Origin: Candidatus Woesearchaeota archaeon
Lineage (GTDB): Archaea > Nanobdellota > Nanobdellia > Pacearchaeales > GW2011-AR1
Direction: 5' to 3'
DNA: 64,000 nt
Assembly: GCA_964355135.1 (NCBI GenBank)
Contig: CAYHCG010000003.1
Location: 72,783 to 136,782 of the forward strand
A model generated the notes under the pieces. It was not told the origin of the DNA. It worked only from the letters and a program-made list of their open reading frames with translations, and did not search any database. Made by a program: the position numbers and the translations under genes. Every line of letters starts with the position of its first letter. Position 1 is the first letter of the stretch. This document shows positions 19,069-28,018 of this stretch, one piece after another.

Positions 19069-19981
19069 CTTCCATACTCTTCAGTTTGATAAATTCATTT
19101 CTCGCCTTAGCCGCTCCTTCAAAACCCCTAATGAACTTCCCACCGATATACTTTATCCTAGCTAAATCAACAATATCATATTTTTCTGCCAATTTCAAAT
19201 ACTCATTAAAAGCCTTAATATTCTTCTTGTAATCAAACTCTACTTCTTTTCCAGTTTTCAAATACAACAAAACTCTTTCAAATATCAACGGGTCCCCTAT
19301 TGCTCCCCGAGCAATCATTACCCCATCGCAACCCGTTTCCTCCATCATTCTTGCAGCATCGCTTCCAGAGAATATATCTCCATTGCCTATAACCGGAATC
19401 TTAAGACTCTGCTTAACTTTCTTTATCCATTTCCAGTCAGCAGGAATATCTCGTCCATGGGTTGCTAATCTAGCATGTACAGTGAGTGCATCTGCGCCAG
19501 CACCTTCAATCTGCTTCGCAACTTCAATAACATTATTATTATCAAACCCAAGTCTTATTTTTGCAGTAACGCTCAATCCTTCACGTTTGAGTATCTTAAT
19601 CATTCTTGCAATTTTATCAGGATTTTTTAATAAATAACTTCCAGCTTCATTGCCCGTAATTCTAATTGAAGGGCAACCACAATTAATGTCAATCAAATCG
19701 TAGTTCTTTAGTTCTGGCAGCTTCGCAAATTTAGTAAATTCAATCTCATTGTTCCCCGTAACCTGCAGCCCTACTGGCTTCTCGCCTTTACGCGTTTTCA
19801 TTAATTGCTTAGTTTTCTTATTCTCATGTAAAATTGCATCTATATACAACATTTCAGTATATGCCATTGCCGCTCCTGCCTTACGGCATATCTCCCTATA
19901 GGCCAAGTCAGTAACATCTACCATTGGCGACAATAGCAACGGATTTTTCAGTTTTATTTTTCCAATTTTGAATCCTTTCAT
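19034..19981 (-). CDS. tRNA-dihydrouridine synthase
   Basis: SPMVDVTD, DINCGCP and TVHAR motifs of the Dus FMN TIM barrel. Confidence 0.85.
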   Translation of the reverse strand: MKGFKIGKIKLKNPLLLSPMVDVTDLAYREICRKAGAAMAYTEMLYIDAILHENKKTKQLMKTRKGEKPVGLQVTGNNEIEFTKFAKLPELKNYDLIDINCGCPSIRITGNEAGSYLLKNPDKIARMIKILKREGLSVTAKIRLGFDNNNVIEVAKQIEGAGADALTVHARLATHGRDIPADWKWIKKVKQSLKIPVIGNGDIFSGSDAARMMEETGCDGVMIARGAIGDPLIFERVLLYLKTGKEVEFDYKKNIKAFNEYLKLAEKYDIVDLARIKYIGGKFIRGFEGAAKARNEFIKLKSMEDVKNYVNRLVV

Positions 19982-20031
19982 ATAAAATAACTAAAAACTA
20001 TATTTATAAATCAAGCCCTTTAACAAAAGTA

Positions 20032-20499
20032 ATGGTAGAAGTCAGAGCAATCACATCAGAAGAAAAAAGAATAGCAGGACTACTAGAAAAAATACTAAGG
20101 ACTTTTCCCCTATTAAAGGAAACGGATAAAATCCAAGTTCACTCTCACCATGGTAAATATGCAGTAGCATATCTAACAGAAGGAAATATTGATGCAGAAA
20201 CAACTCATTTTCGCCTAGAATTAAGAGAAGATATTTGCGATATGTCAAGATTTGCTAGCGATACGAATCTTGAGCATGCTCAAGAACTGAAAATTCTTGA
20301 CATTCTTGGTTTTGAAATTAAAGAAGACCAAAGAGACAAAGGATATGGAAGAGCATTATATCTAATTGTAGAAGAATTTGCTAGAGAAACAGGTTATAGG
20401 AAAGTACAAACTTCTCCATCCGGGCAGGGAGTCACTTTTTGGCCATATATGGGCCTAACACAACCCTGCGAATTTGGAGTAGAAAAGATATTATCATAA
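20032..20499 (+). CDS. GNAT-like acetyltransferase (tentative) carrying palindromic element copy B in frame
   Basis: Motif A-like RDKGYGRAL and a following helix. Nucleotides 20242-20303 are element copy B. Confidence 0.55.
   Translation: MVEVRAITSEEKRIAGLLEKILRTFPLLKETDKIQVHSHHGKYAVAYLTEGNIDAETTHFRLELREDICDMSRFASDTNLEHAQELKILDILGFEIKEDQRDKGYGRALYLIVEEFARETGYRKVQTSPSGQGVTFWPYMGLTQPCEFGVEKILS
20242..20303. repeat. nested palindromic MITE-like element, copy B (inside a CDS)
   Basis: ATGTCAAGA (20242-50), TCTTGAGCATGCTCAAGA (20268-85), TCTTGACAT (20295-303). Confidence 0.65.
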
Positions 20500-20563
20500 G
20501 TATATTTTAGTAAAGTGACAATACAACGTAAACATTTATATAGAATGTCTCTTTTACTAAAAA

Positions 20564-20905
20564 ATGGAAAAAGACATCGATAAAATCCCAAAAAATGCTG
20601 AGACAGATATTGTCATCCGCGTAGATGATTTTGGCGGTAGAAGAGGGGTAACAATTCGCGAGTTCGTTAAAAGTGAAAGATACTCTGGTTTTACAAAAGC
20701 AGGAACAAGAATACCTGCAGACAAATTTAAGATTTTCAAAGCCGCAATTAATTCAATAGATGAAAACGAATTACTAGAAGCAGTTACAGAAGAACAATCT
20801 TCTCTCCCTCAATCTTCAGAAAAATCCTCTGAGCAAAAAGGGCAAAAAGAGACGCATCCTAAGAAATCAAAAAAGATAGAGTCTATAGAAGAACAGGAAA
20901 TGTAA
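20564..20905 (+). CDS. PC4/p15-like ssDNA-binding domain protein with acidic/Ser-rich tail
   Basis: IVIRVDDFGGRRGVTIREFVKSERYSGFTKAGTRIPADKF resembles the PC4-fold pattern (..v.ef.g...diR.w...ptkkGi.l). Confidence 0.5.
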   Translation: MEKDIDKIPKNAETDIVIRVDDFGGRRGVTIREFVKSERYSGFTKAGTRIPADKFKIFKAAINSIDENELLEAVTEEQSSLPQSSEKSSEQKGQKETHPKKSKKIESIEEQEM

Positions 20906-20926
20906 ATCCTTCTTCTACAGCTTGAT

Positions 20927-21637
20927 TCACGAACCTAAAGATGCCTGGATTCCAGCTACATCTTCTTCAGTAATTTCTACTTTCTCATCCCCTACCCTAC
21001 TATCACTACTAGAGGCCTCACTTTCAACTTTATTTTCTAATCCTAATTTAGAATTCTCGTCACGAATAGGCACATCTTGGGTTATAACTTGATCCGTTTG
21101 AGCTGGCGCATATACTTCTGTATAAACTTGCGTAAGTAAATCTTTATCAACTGCAAAACGCGTTCCTACTTTGGGCTCCTTTGAAGCAAAAACAGGGTTT
21201 AATTTATTCAATTGAGTCCTAGTAAAATACCCTGAACAAGTTTTTATCGTACCTTTCTTTCCCCTAATCTGTTCTCCCGGATAAATCCTAATCTTTACAC
21301 CATCATCAGAAACTTTAGTAATTTTTAATCCGTAACCTTCTCTCTTAGTAGCCCTATAAATAGCAAGTCCTCTAGCCAAACCCGGAGAATAAGTAAATTC
21401 ATGGCCTGCTTTAAGCTGACCGTTCCTTGTTGACCCAGGACATATTCGATAAATCTCGTCTATTTGTTCGCCTCTAAAACTCATTCCTGGAACTTCATAT
21501 TTCTTATCTCTATGACTGAATCTAAAAGGAGGATCAAATTCAACTTCTGCTTTTCTCATTTTAGAGTCATAAGATGTAACTCTTAACTTGGTTTCAGCAG
21601 CTACAAATTTTATAGGTTCATCGGTGGATTCAACCAT
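20927..21637 (-). CDS. hypothetical protein
   Basis: 236-aa ORF with an acidic C-terminal tail. No assignable motif. Confidence 0.6.
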   Translation of the reverse strand: MVESTDEPIKFVAAETKLRVTSYDSKMRKAEVEFDPPFRFSHRDKKYEVPGMSFRGEQIDEIYRICPGSTRNGQLKAGHEFTYSPGLARGLAIYRATKREGYGLKITKVSDDGVKIRIYPGEQIRGKKGTIKTCSGYFTRTQLNKLNPVFASKEPKVGTRFAVDKDLLTQVYTEVYAPAQTDQVITQDVPIRDENSKLGLENKVESEASSSDSRVGDEKVEITEEDVAGIQASLGS

Positions 21638-21682
21638 GTCTAAATAAAAAAAACACCATTAATAAATATTCTGATGATAGAA

Positions 21683-22087
21683 TTAATTCACTTTTTTCAC
21701 TAATTGCCCATGCGAAACTTCGTATCTCTCCCCCACTTGAGGATCGAACTCTTCTCCACCCAGCCATCGCATGAAAGGTTGCCAAGCCATGGTTCGATAA
21801 CTCAAAGTTGTCTGTGAACCATCATCAAAATTAACGTTTCTAATAACTCTAGGATTGTACCCATGCATCATAGGAATATTGTCACTCCATTTTTCATCTA
21901 CATAACTTACAGTCTTGGTTGAATTGTCCATATTATGTAAACGGCTTGCCATTTTTGTTCTCGGAGAATCTAAAAGACCATTATGAGAAAGTAAACTATA
22001 CAAAACCAAGCCCCCAATTGCTACTTTAGCTACTTCTCCCATGGTAGGCAATTGGACAACATCTCTTATCCGAGGCAATTTAACCAT
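21683..22087 (-). CDS. hypothetical membrane-anchored protein
   Basis: 134 aa with a single N-terminal hydrophobic helix (VAKVAIGGLVLYSLL). Confidence 0.55.
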   Translation of the reverse strand: MVKLPRIRDVVQLPTMGEVAKVAIGGLVLYSLLSHNGLLDSPRTKMASRLHNMDNSTKTVSYVDEKWSDNIPMMHGYNPRVIRNVNFDDGSQTTLSYRTMAWQPFMRWLGGEEFDPQVGERYEVSHGQLVKKVN

Positions 22088-22143
22088 AAAATTCCATCTT
22101 TATTTGATTTATAAAGCTTTTTATTCTTCAAAGGCGGTTTGCC

Positions 22144-22449
22144 CTATATTTTCCAGGCTTTCTTTAATTCCTCTAGTTTCTTTTCCACTAGCTTAATTCC
22201 TTTGTCCATAATACTATAATCTATCCTCCCTAAGTTCTTCCCGCTAAAATCAAAGTTTCTTTCTTCAATTAGCTCTTCCTTCTCCATTTCAAAAAGCAAT
22301 TCCTTTAATTTAATCGTGTCTTTCATCTTAAGCCCATTTAATTCAAGAAATCCTATTATTTCCTCTAAAGTAAACCCAACTCCATCAAACGTTGATGAAT
22401 CTCCTTGCAAGAGATAGAGTATTCCTTCTTTAACAGCGGTACTTTTCAT
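22144..22449 (-). CDS. small winged-helix-like protein (tentative)
   Basis: 101 aa with the pattern ILYLL...G.TLEEI...L...LIEER...Y.I.DKG. Confidence 0.45.
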   Translation of the reverse strand: MKSTAVKEGILYLLQGDSSTFDGVGFTLEEIIGFLELNGLKMKDTIKLKELLFEMEKEELIEERNFDFSGKNLGRIDYSIMDKGIKLVEKKLEELKKAWKI

Positions 22450-22500
22450 ATTTTAAGTAAAACACCAGTTTTTTAAATACCTTTGTGATTAAGAAAGTAT

Positions 22501-24237
22501 GTGAAGAAAGCACAAATACGCCAGCCAATCGTCACAGTCGCTGGCCATGTAGATCATGGGAAAACCAGTCTATTAGATCAATTTAGAGGTAGCTCTGTCC
22601 AAAGTGGAGAAGCAGGGGGAATTACACAGAAGATCTCATTTACAAAATATCCTTTAACTCAAATAAAAAGAGCCTGCCCTTTGATTGATAAACAAGGAAT
22701 TGATCTTGAAATCCCCGGTTTTCTATTCATTGACACCCCGGGACACGCAGCCTTTACAAATTTAAGAAAACGTGGAGGAACTCTTGCAGATTTAACCATT
22801 CTTGTTGTCAACATAAAAGAAGGAATAAAACCACAAACAGCAGAAGTATTGCAAATATTAAAGGCAAATAAAACTCCTTTCTTGATTGCATTAAATAAAA
22901 TAGACACTATCTCAGGATGGAAGCCGTTTAATGGTAAAACGCTAAAAGAGTCTATCGAGTCCCAAGCAATCAACGTCAGTCAGGAATTCCAGGAAGCATT
23001 ATTGACTTTCCAAGGTTCTCTCTCAGAGCATGGTTTTGAATCAGATTTATATTATGAAATCTCAGACTTTACAAAAAGAGTAGCTCTCGTTCCCTGCTCT
23101 GCAAGAACAAAAGAAGGCATTCCCGAATTATTATTAGTTCTTTGTGGACTCTCGCAAAGATTCCTTAAAGAAAGACTAACTATCTCAGATAGTGCTAAAG
23201 GAGTCATCCTAGAGATAAAAAAAGAGAAATCCTTAGATTCAATCGAAGCAATTCTATATGATGGTACTCTCAAAGAAGGAGATGAAATTGCGATAGCAAG
23301 TTTCGATACTTTAATCACTTCAAAAATCAGGGCAATAGAAGAAATAGAATCTCTTTCTTTTAAGTATAAATCAACAAAAGAAGCAACAGCAGCTACCGGA
23401 GTCAGGCTTCAGCTCACTAATAAAGAAAATCTTCTCTCAGGAATGCCCTTTCAAAAAATAGACAATAACCTAGAAAAAATTAAGGAAAATTTCAAAAAAG
23501 AACTCTCTCATGCAATAAAAACAGATCCACAAGGGATTATCATAAAAGCAGATTCTCTAGGCAGCCTAGAAGCTCTAATCACTCTCTTAAGACAAAATCA
23601 CATTAGTATCGTAAAGGCAGGAGTCGGCCCCGTAAGCAAAACAGATATTGTTTCTGCAAAAGCAAATCTAGAAATAAACTCTTTAGATGCCGTAATCCTT
23701 GGTTTTAATGTTAAACTGGATGAAGACACTCAAGCAGACAACATCAAAATCCTCACTAGTGAAGTCATCTACAAACTCATTGAGGACTTGCAAGTATGGA
23801 GAAAACAAAAGCAAAGCGATGTGGAAAGAGAAAGATTGATGGAACTTGCAACAGTCTGCAAATTAGAAATCTTACCTCAATATATCTTCAGAAATTCCAA
23901 TCCGGCAGTCTTTGGAGTGAAAGTATTGGCGGGAAAAATCAAGAATAACCTTCCATTGATAGATCAAAATAACGAGGAAGTAGCTAGAGTAAAAGCGATT
24001 CAATCTGAGAAAAAGTCAGTAGAGGAAGCTTCAGAAGGTCAAGAGATAGCAGTCTCCCTTCCAGGAGTAGCTTTCGATAGAAAGCTCAAAGACATCAAAT
24101 TCCTATACTCCCAATTAGGCGAAAGTCAATTCAAGAAATTTAAGCAAAATAAAGATCTTCTATCCCAAACAGAAATAAGAACTTTAGAAGAAATAGCAGC
24201 CTTGAAGAGAAAAACCAAGTTAGACTGGGGCGTTTAG
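22501..24237 (+). CDS. infB: translation initiation factor aIF5B (IF-2 homolog)
   Basis: GTG start. GHVDHGKTSLLD, DTPGH and NKID GTPase motifs. 578 aa with no intein. Confidence 0.93.
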   Translation: MKKAQIRQPIVTVAGHVDHGKTSLLDQFRGSSVQSGEAGGITQKISFTKYPLTQIKRACPLIDKQGIDLEIPGFLFIDTPGHAAFTNLRKRGGTLADLTILVVNIKEGIKPQTAEVLQILKANKTPFLIALNKIDTISGWKPFNGKTLKESIESQAINVSQEFQEALLTFQGSLSEHGFESDLYYEISDFTKRVALVPCSARTKEGIPELLLVLCGLSQRFLKERLTISDSAKGVILEIKKEKSLDSIEAILYDGTLKEGDEIAIASFDTLITSKIRAIEEIESLSFKYKSTKEATAATGVRLQLTNKENLLSGMPFQKIDNNLEKIKENFKKELSHAIKTDPQGIIIKADSLGSLEALITLLRQNHISIVKAGVGPVSKTDIVSAKANLEINSLDAVILGFNVKLDEDTQADNIKILTSEVIYKLIEDLQVWRKQKQSDVERERLMELATVCKLEILPQYIFRNSNPAVFGVKVLAGKIKNNLPLIDQNNEEVARVKAIQSEKKSVEEASEGQEIAVSLPGVAFDRKLKDIKFLYSQLGESQFKKFKQNKDLLSQTEIRTLEEIAALKRKTKLDWGV

Positions 24238-24242
24238 ATTAA

Positions 24243-24602
24243 CTACAAAACCTTCATCTCTCTCAAAGCCTTATCAACAAACTCTTCAACCCGTTCTAAA
24301 TCAATGTTTTTATAACCCTTATCAATTCTTGTTTTTAATTCCGCTTTTACTCTATTAACTACCTTCTTCTTAATCTCCATAACATCAACCTCAAGTAAAT
24401 TTCTTTCAGTCGGATTTATCTTTTGCCTATATTTATTTGCAATTTTCCAGCTATTAATAATTTCATTTCTATAATATTCCTTTATCTCTACCCTATCTAT
24501 AGCTTTCTCCAAAATTTGATGAATTACAGAATTAGCCAAATTTGAGATTAACTTTGCAATATCACTATTTCTTCCCATTTTCACTCTCTCCGATATTTTC
24601 AA
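24243..24602 (-). CDS. hypothetical helical protein (cassette gene 2)
   Basis: 119 aa. Overlaps the upstream NTase gene by 38 nt. No HEPN Rx4-6H motif seen. Confidence 0.55.
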   Translation of the reverse strand: MKISERVKMGRNSDIAKLISNLANSVIHQILEKAIDRVEIKEYYRNEIINSWKIANKYRQKINPTERNLLEVDVMEIKKKVVNRVKAELKTRIDKGYKNIDLERVEEFVDKALREMKVL

Positions 24603-25377
24603 GAATCAAATTAAAGGTTTTATTGAATATTTCCCTAAAATTATCTAAAAATAACTTATTCAGCATATTATTCTTTATATCATTAATCTCGACATTAAAC
24701 GAATTCTCAATTTCTCTGTTTATTACCTCGCGGCTGAGCTTTCTTCCTTGCATAAAAAGCAATATAGAAATCATATTCATAGTAAAATAATACTTCTCCT
24801 TTCCATTTAATATCTCAAAATTATCTATCAATGTCTTGCTTTTTAGAAGATTTAAGTCCAAAAATTTATAATTTATCTCTCTTTTAACATTAAAAATTAA
24901 TCTATTCTTCGATACGCATTTGCTTAGCATTAAATTATACAAGGGGTCTGTAGATAATCCGCTAGATAGTTCTTTATTTGTTAATTGAATGATATGAATT
25001 TTTATTCCAAATAATTCGTCTAACTGTTTATTCAATAAGCTAATATTTGTCTTATCCTTATGAATAATCAAAATATCAATATCGTTAAAATTAAACCCCT
25101 TCTCTAAAAAGCTTCCTGTTATGATTATATTCTCATTCTCTATTTTATTATCTAAAATCTCCATTATTTCCTCGATTATCTTTATCTTAACTGGTTCGAT
25201 TTTTCCAGTACTATAATAAAATAACTTTAACTTTTCAGATTCGTCTTCTCTTTTTTCTATTTTATTTAAAGGATAAATAACAACATAAGTTCCACTACTA
25301 AACCCATTTCTATTTTTAGGCAGATAAATCTGATCCATTTTGCTTCCTTTGCTTATCTTTCCTATTATTTCTACCAT
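24565..25377 (-). CDS. nucleotidyltransferase-fold protein (minimal NTase) with AbrB-like N-terminus (cassette gene 1)
   Basis: GS-x10-DID motif (ITGSFLEKGFNFNDIDILIIH). The N-terminal GKISKGSKMDQIYLPKN resembles a swapped-hairpin DNA-binding motif. Confidence 0.65.
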   Translation of the reverse strand: MVEIIGKISKGSKMDQIYLPKNRNGFSSGTYVVIYPLNKIEKREDESEKLKLFYYSTGKIEPVKIKIIEEIMEILDNKIENENIIITGSFLEKGFNFNDIDILIIHKDKTNISLLNKQLDELFGIKIHIIQLTNKELSSGLSTDPLYNLMLSKCVSKNRLIFNVKREINYKFLDLNLLKSKTLIDNFEILNGKEKYYFTMNMISILLFMQGRKLSREVINREIENSFNVEINDIKNNMLNKLFLDNFREIFNKTFNLILENIGESENGKK

Positions 25378-25379
25378 AT

Positions 25380-25416
25380 TACGTAATAGTACGTAATAGT
25401 ACGTAATATTAATAAA
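25380..25416 (-). promoter_or_regulatory. three 10-bp-phased TACGTA repeats plus TATA-like box abutting the NTase start codon
   Basis: ACGTAATAGT ACGTAATAGT ACGTAATATT at 25381-25410. TACGTA cores at 25380, 25390 and 25400. ATTACGTAAT is a perfect palindrome. TTTATTAATA lies just upstream on the minus strand. Confidence 0.6.
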
Positions 25417-25462
25417 CCTTTGTATTTTTATAATTTAAGTTAAAATTGACTGGGGCGTTTAG

Positions 25463-25594
25463 TCAGTTAAATTGCTTCAACTCCCTAAGCAAAGCAAACT
25501 CGCTTCTAGGCAAATATTCCACAAAATACTTGTATCTAAAAGCCTTTTGCTGTCTAGCTCTTCTTATATAAAGAGTCTTTTCTTTTGTCTTCAT
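25463..25594 (-). CDS. small basic protein, 43 aa (below the ORF-track cutoff)
   Basis: ATG at 25594 preceded by GGAGGTGA four nt upstream; the TGA stop abuts direct repeat 2. Sequence MKTKEKTLYIRRARQQKAFRYKYF... Confidence 0.35.
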   Translation of the reverse strand: MKTKEKTLYIRRARQQKAFRYKYFVEYLPRSEFALLRELKQFN

Positions 25595-25729
25595 TTTTCA
25601 CCTCCCTCAATATTTATTTTCATAATCCATTAAATGCTTTACATATTAATTGGGTTGTTAAAGTCAAATTAAGAGTAATAGTAGAGAAAATAAATTCACA
25701 AGATTTAAATATAAAAGTCGCAGGTAAAA

Positions 25730-26800
25730 TTACCTACCTTTCTTCTTTTGTAGCCTCTCTAACGCTTCTTCTCCGAGTCTCTCTTTGCTTAAATGAAAAC
25801 TCTCCTTGAACTCCTTCCAATATTTCTTCTTATCATAATACAATAAAGTTACGAAAGTTATAGTCATTGTTATTAAAGACCCTAGACCTGCTAACGCCAT
25901 ATCCTTTATCGGGTCAAACTCATCTCCCTGGGTTCCTAGATATGCAATTCCCAGATCTCCTCCAAATATAATTGCAGTTAACCACTCAATAATCTCATAT
26001 ATTGCGCTTAGAGATAAAACAAATTCAATAGGTAAATAAAACGACCAAAATCCTTTTGTTGAGCCTATTCTATTGAATGTTTCTCTAATTGCGTAAACCA
26101 TTAAAAATCCAAAGCAAAAGTGGACTATTCTGTCATAATGATTTCTAGATAATCCATAAAAGCTTTGCAACCAAAACCCAAAAGGCACTTCTGCATAGGT
26201 ATAATGCGATCCAATAATATTCAAGGTCATAAACACAAACATCAAACTATAGGATAATCTCGAATATCTAAACCACCTATGCGTCAAATACAATAGTACC
26301 AAGAAAGTTAAATTTATTAGATTCTCAAGTATCCAATCCTCAAAATATTTTACATTAAACGCCAAAAGTACCCATATCCACAGAAACAAAATAAACAAAA
26401 GTAAATGATAGCTATCTTTATATTTCATTTTGGTAAAAGTATAACCAAAAAGTAAGGCAACTAAAAAGGAAACGATAAATATAATCCAGGGACCAATAAC
26501 CAAATTTATTACGATAGGAGAATCCCATACATAAGTGCTTCCAAAACTAATAGTTAAAGAAATAAAAGTCCAAAATCCTGCATTTAGTACCAAAAATAAG
26601 TTAGCAAATCCTTTTTTATTATAAGCAATGACCATAAGTAACAAACTCATCAAACACATAATTAACTTAGAGAAAATAGTAAGCGTCTCAAATCTTTGCC
26701 CAAGAAAAAAGAAGCAGAAAAACACAAAAACTAACATGAAAAACATCAGAAAAGGATTCATTTTTTTAGAGAGTGCCCTTTTCTCACCTTTTTTATACAT
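25730..26800 (-). CDS. polytopic membrane protein with YjdF/DUF2238-like C-terminal half
   Basis: HYTYAEVPFG ... RNHYDRIVHF motifs within about 10 TM helices. Confidence 0.65.
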   Translation of the reverse strand: MYKKGEKRALSKKMNPFLMFFMLVFVFFCFFFLGQRFETLTIFSKLIMCLMSLLLMVIAYNKKGFANLFLVLNAGFWTFISLTISFGSTYVWDSPIVINLVIGPWIIFIVSFLVALLFGYTFTKMKYKDSYHLLLFILFLWIWVLLAFNVKYFEDWILENLINLTFLVLLYLTHRWFRYSRLSYSLMFVFMTLNIIGSHYTYAEVPFGFWLQSFYGLSRNHYDRIVHFCFGFLMVYAIRETFNRIGSTKGFWSFYLPIEFVLSLSAIYEIIEWLTAIIFGGDLGIAYLGTQGDEFDPIKDMALAGLGSLITMTITFVTLLYYDKKKYWKEFKESFHLSKERLGEEALERLQKKKGR

Positions 26801-26897
26801 CTATAAACTACCAAAAAGTAATATTTAAAGTTTACTTGAATGTATAAAAAACTACCCTATCCGAAAAATATTTAAACTATAGTTATTCTATAGTCTA

Positions 26898-27146
26898 ATG
26901 GTAACAACAATTCAGCTCAACGAAGATGTAAAAAGAGAATTAGATAGAATGAAATCTAATAAAGAAACATACGAAGAAGTAATTTTAAATTTAATGAAGA
27001 TTGCTGAAAAATACAAAAGTGAACAAGAAAAGTTGCTGATTGAGGGATGTAAAGAAATGTATGATGATATGTCTAAGATAGCTAAAGAGTGGGAAGGGAC
27101 TCTAATGGATGGTTTGGACAAGAATGAAAAATGGAACGAATTATAA
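26898..27146 (+). CDS. antitoxin-like protein paired with MazF
   Basis: 82 aa. The N-terminal TIQLNEDVKRELDRMK has an antitoxin-like strand-helix pattern. Overlaps the mazF start by 16 nt. Confidence 0.6.
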   Translation: MVTTIQLNEDVKRELDRMKSNKETYEEVILNLMKIAEKYKSEQEKLLIEGCKEMYDDMSKIAKEWEGTLMDGLDKNEKWNEL

Positions 27147-27478
27147 GAGGAGAGATTGTAGTAGCAAACTTAGAACCGACCCAAGGTTCAGAACAGGGCG
27201 GGATCAGGCCCGTATTAATTATTCAAAATGATACTCTTAATAAATATGCTCCCACAACAATAATTGCTCCAATAACCTCCAAAATTTACACAAAGGAGTA
27301 TCCCACAAATGTAATAATCAAAAAAGAAGAATCTAGATTAAAATTAGATTCCACAATTCTGCTAAATCAGATAAAAGTGATTGATAAAAAGAGAATTATT
27401 AAAAAAGTTGGATCACTTGATAATTTCACAATGAACAAAGTTGACAGAGCAATTAAAATAAGTCTCAATCTCGATTAA
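27131..27478 (+). CDS. mazF: MazF/PemK-family endoribonuclease toxin
   Basis: RGEIVVANLEPTQGSEQGGIRPVLIIQND ... IIAPITS, the canonical PemK pattern. Confidence 0.88.
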   Translation: MERIIRGEIVVANLEPTQGSEQGGIRPVLIIQNDTLNKYAPTTIIAPITSKIYTKEYPTNVIIKKEESRLKLDSTILLNQIKVIDKKRIIKKVGSLDNFTMNKVDRAIKISLNLD

Positions 27479-27555
27479 AATTATGTAAAAATCAACTTAA
27501 CTCTTAAATTTAAGTCCTCAAAAAGCTTTAAAAACCTACTTTATCACATATAAAA

Positions 27556-27981
27556 ATGCCATTCAAACTAAATATAGGCGAAAAAGGAAAAAGCTGGAAA
27601 TTAGAGTTAGAAACAGAATATCTAATTGGAAAATCTGTCGGAGAAACAATCCACGGCAAGGAATTAAAACACGAATTAGAAGGATATGAATTTGAAATAT
27701 CCGGCGGTTCAGATATCTCTGGTTTTCCCTTGTCTAAAGACGCTGAAGGAATTGGATTAAAGAAAGTATTATTAACAAAGGGCTGGGGAATGAGAGATAA
27801 TACTAAGGGAATAAGAAGAAGAAAGACAGTCAGAGGAAAGACAATTTCTAGTAAAGTAGTTCAGATCAATCTCCGCGTTGTAAAGAGCGGTAAAACTACT
27901 CTAGCGCATGTCTTTCCAGATCAGAACAAAGCTCCAGAAGCTGTTAAAGTTGAAGAGAAAGCTGTTGAAGTAGCTGCTTAA
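27556..27981 (+). CDS. rps6e: 30S ribosomal protein S6e
   Basis: FKLNI ... ISGGSDISGFPL ... RRRKTVRG pattern of S6e. Confidence 0.92.
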   Translation: MPFKLNIGEKGKSWKLELETEYLIGKSVGETIHGKELKHELEGYEFEISGGSDISGFPLSKDAEGIGLKKVLLTKGWGMRDNTKGIRRRKTVRGKTISSKVVQINLRVVKSGKTTLAHVFPDQNKAPEAVKVEEKAVEVAA

Positions 27982-28018
27982 ATAAATATATCTAATTATA
28001 AAAAATCAATTAATTTTT

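Larger units (their letters stand above)
24223..25462. mobile_element. two-gene cassette bounded by 15-bp direct repeats at the 3' end of infB
   Basis: GACTGGGGCGTTTAG occurs at 24223-24237 (last five codons plus stop of infB) and again at 25448-25462. The 1,210 bp in between carry only genes 24243-24602 and 24565-25377 and their promoter. Confidence 0.45.

Noticed and set aside
25381-25410. CRISPR-like or other repeat array.
   Set aside because: There are only three contiguous 10-bp units without spacers. The position next to a TATA box and start codon fits an operator. No CRISPR array was seen anywhere in the window.
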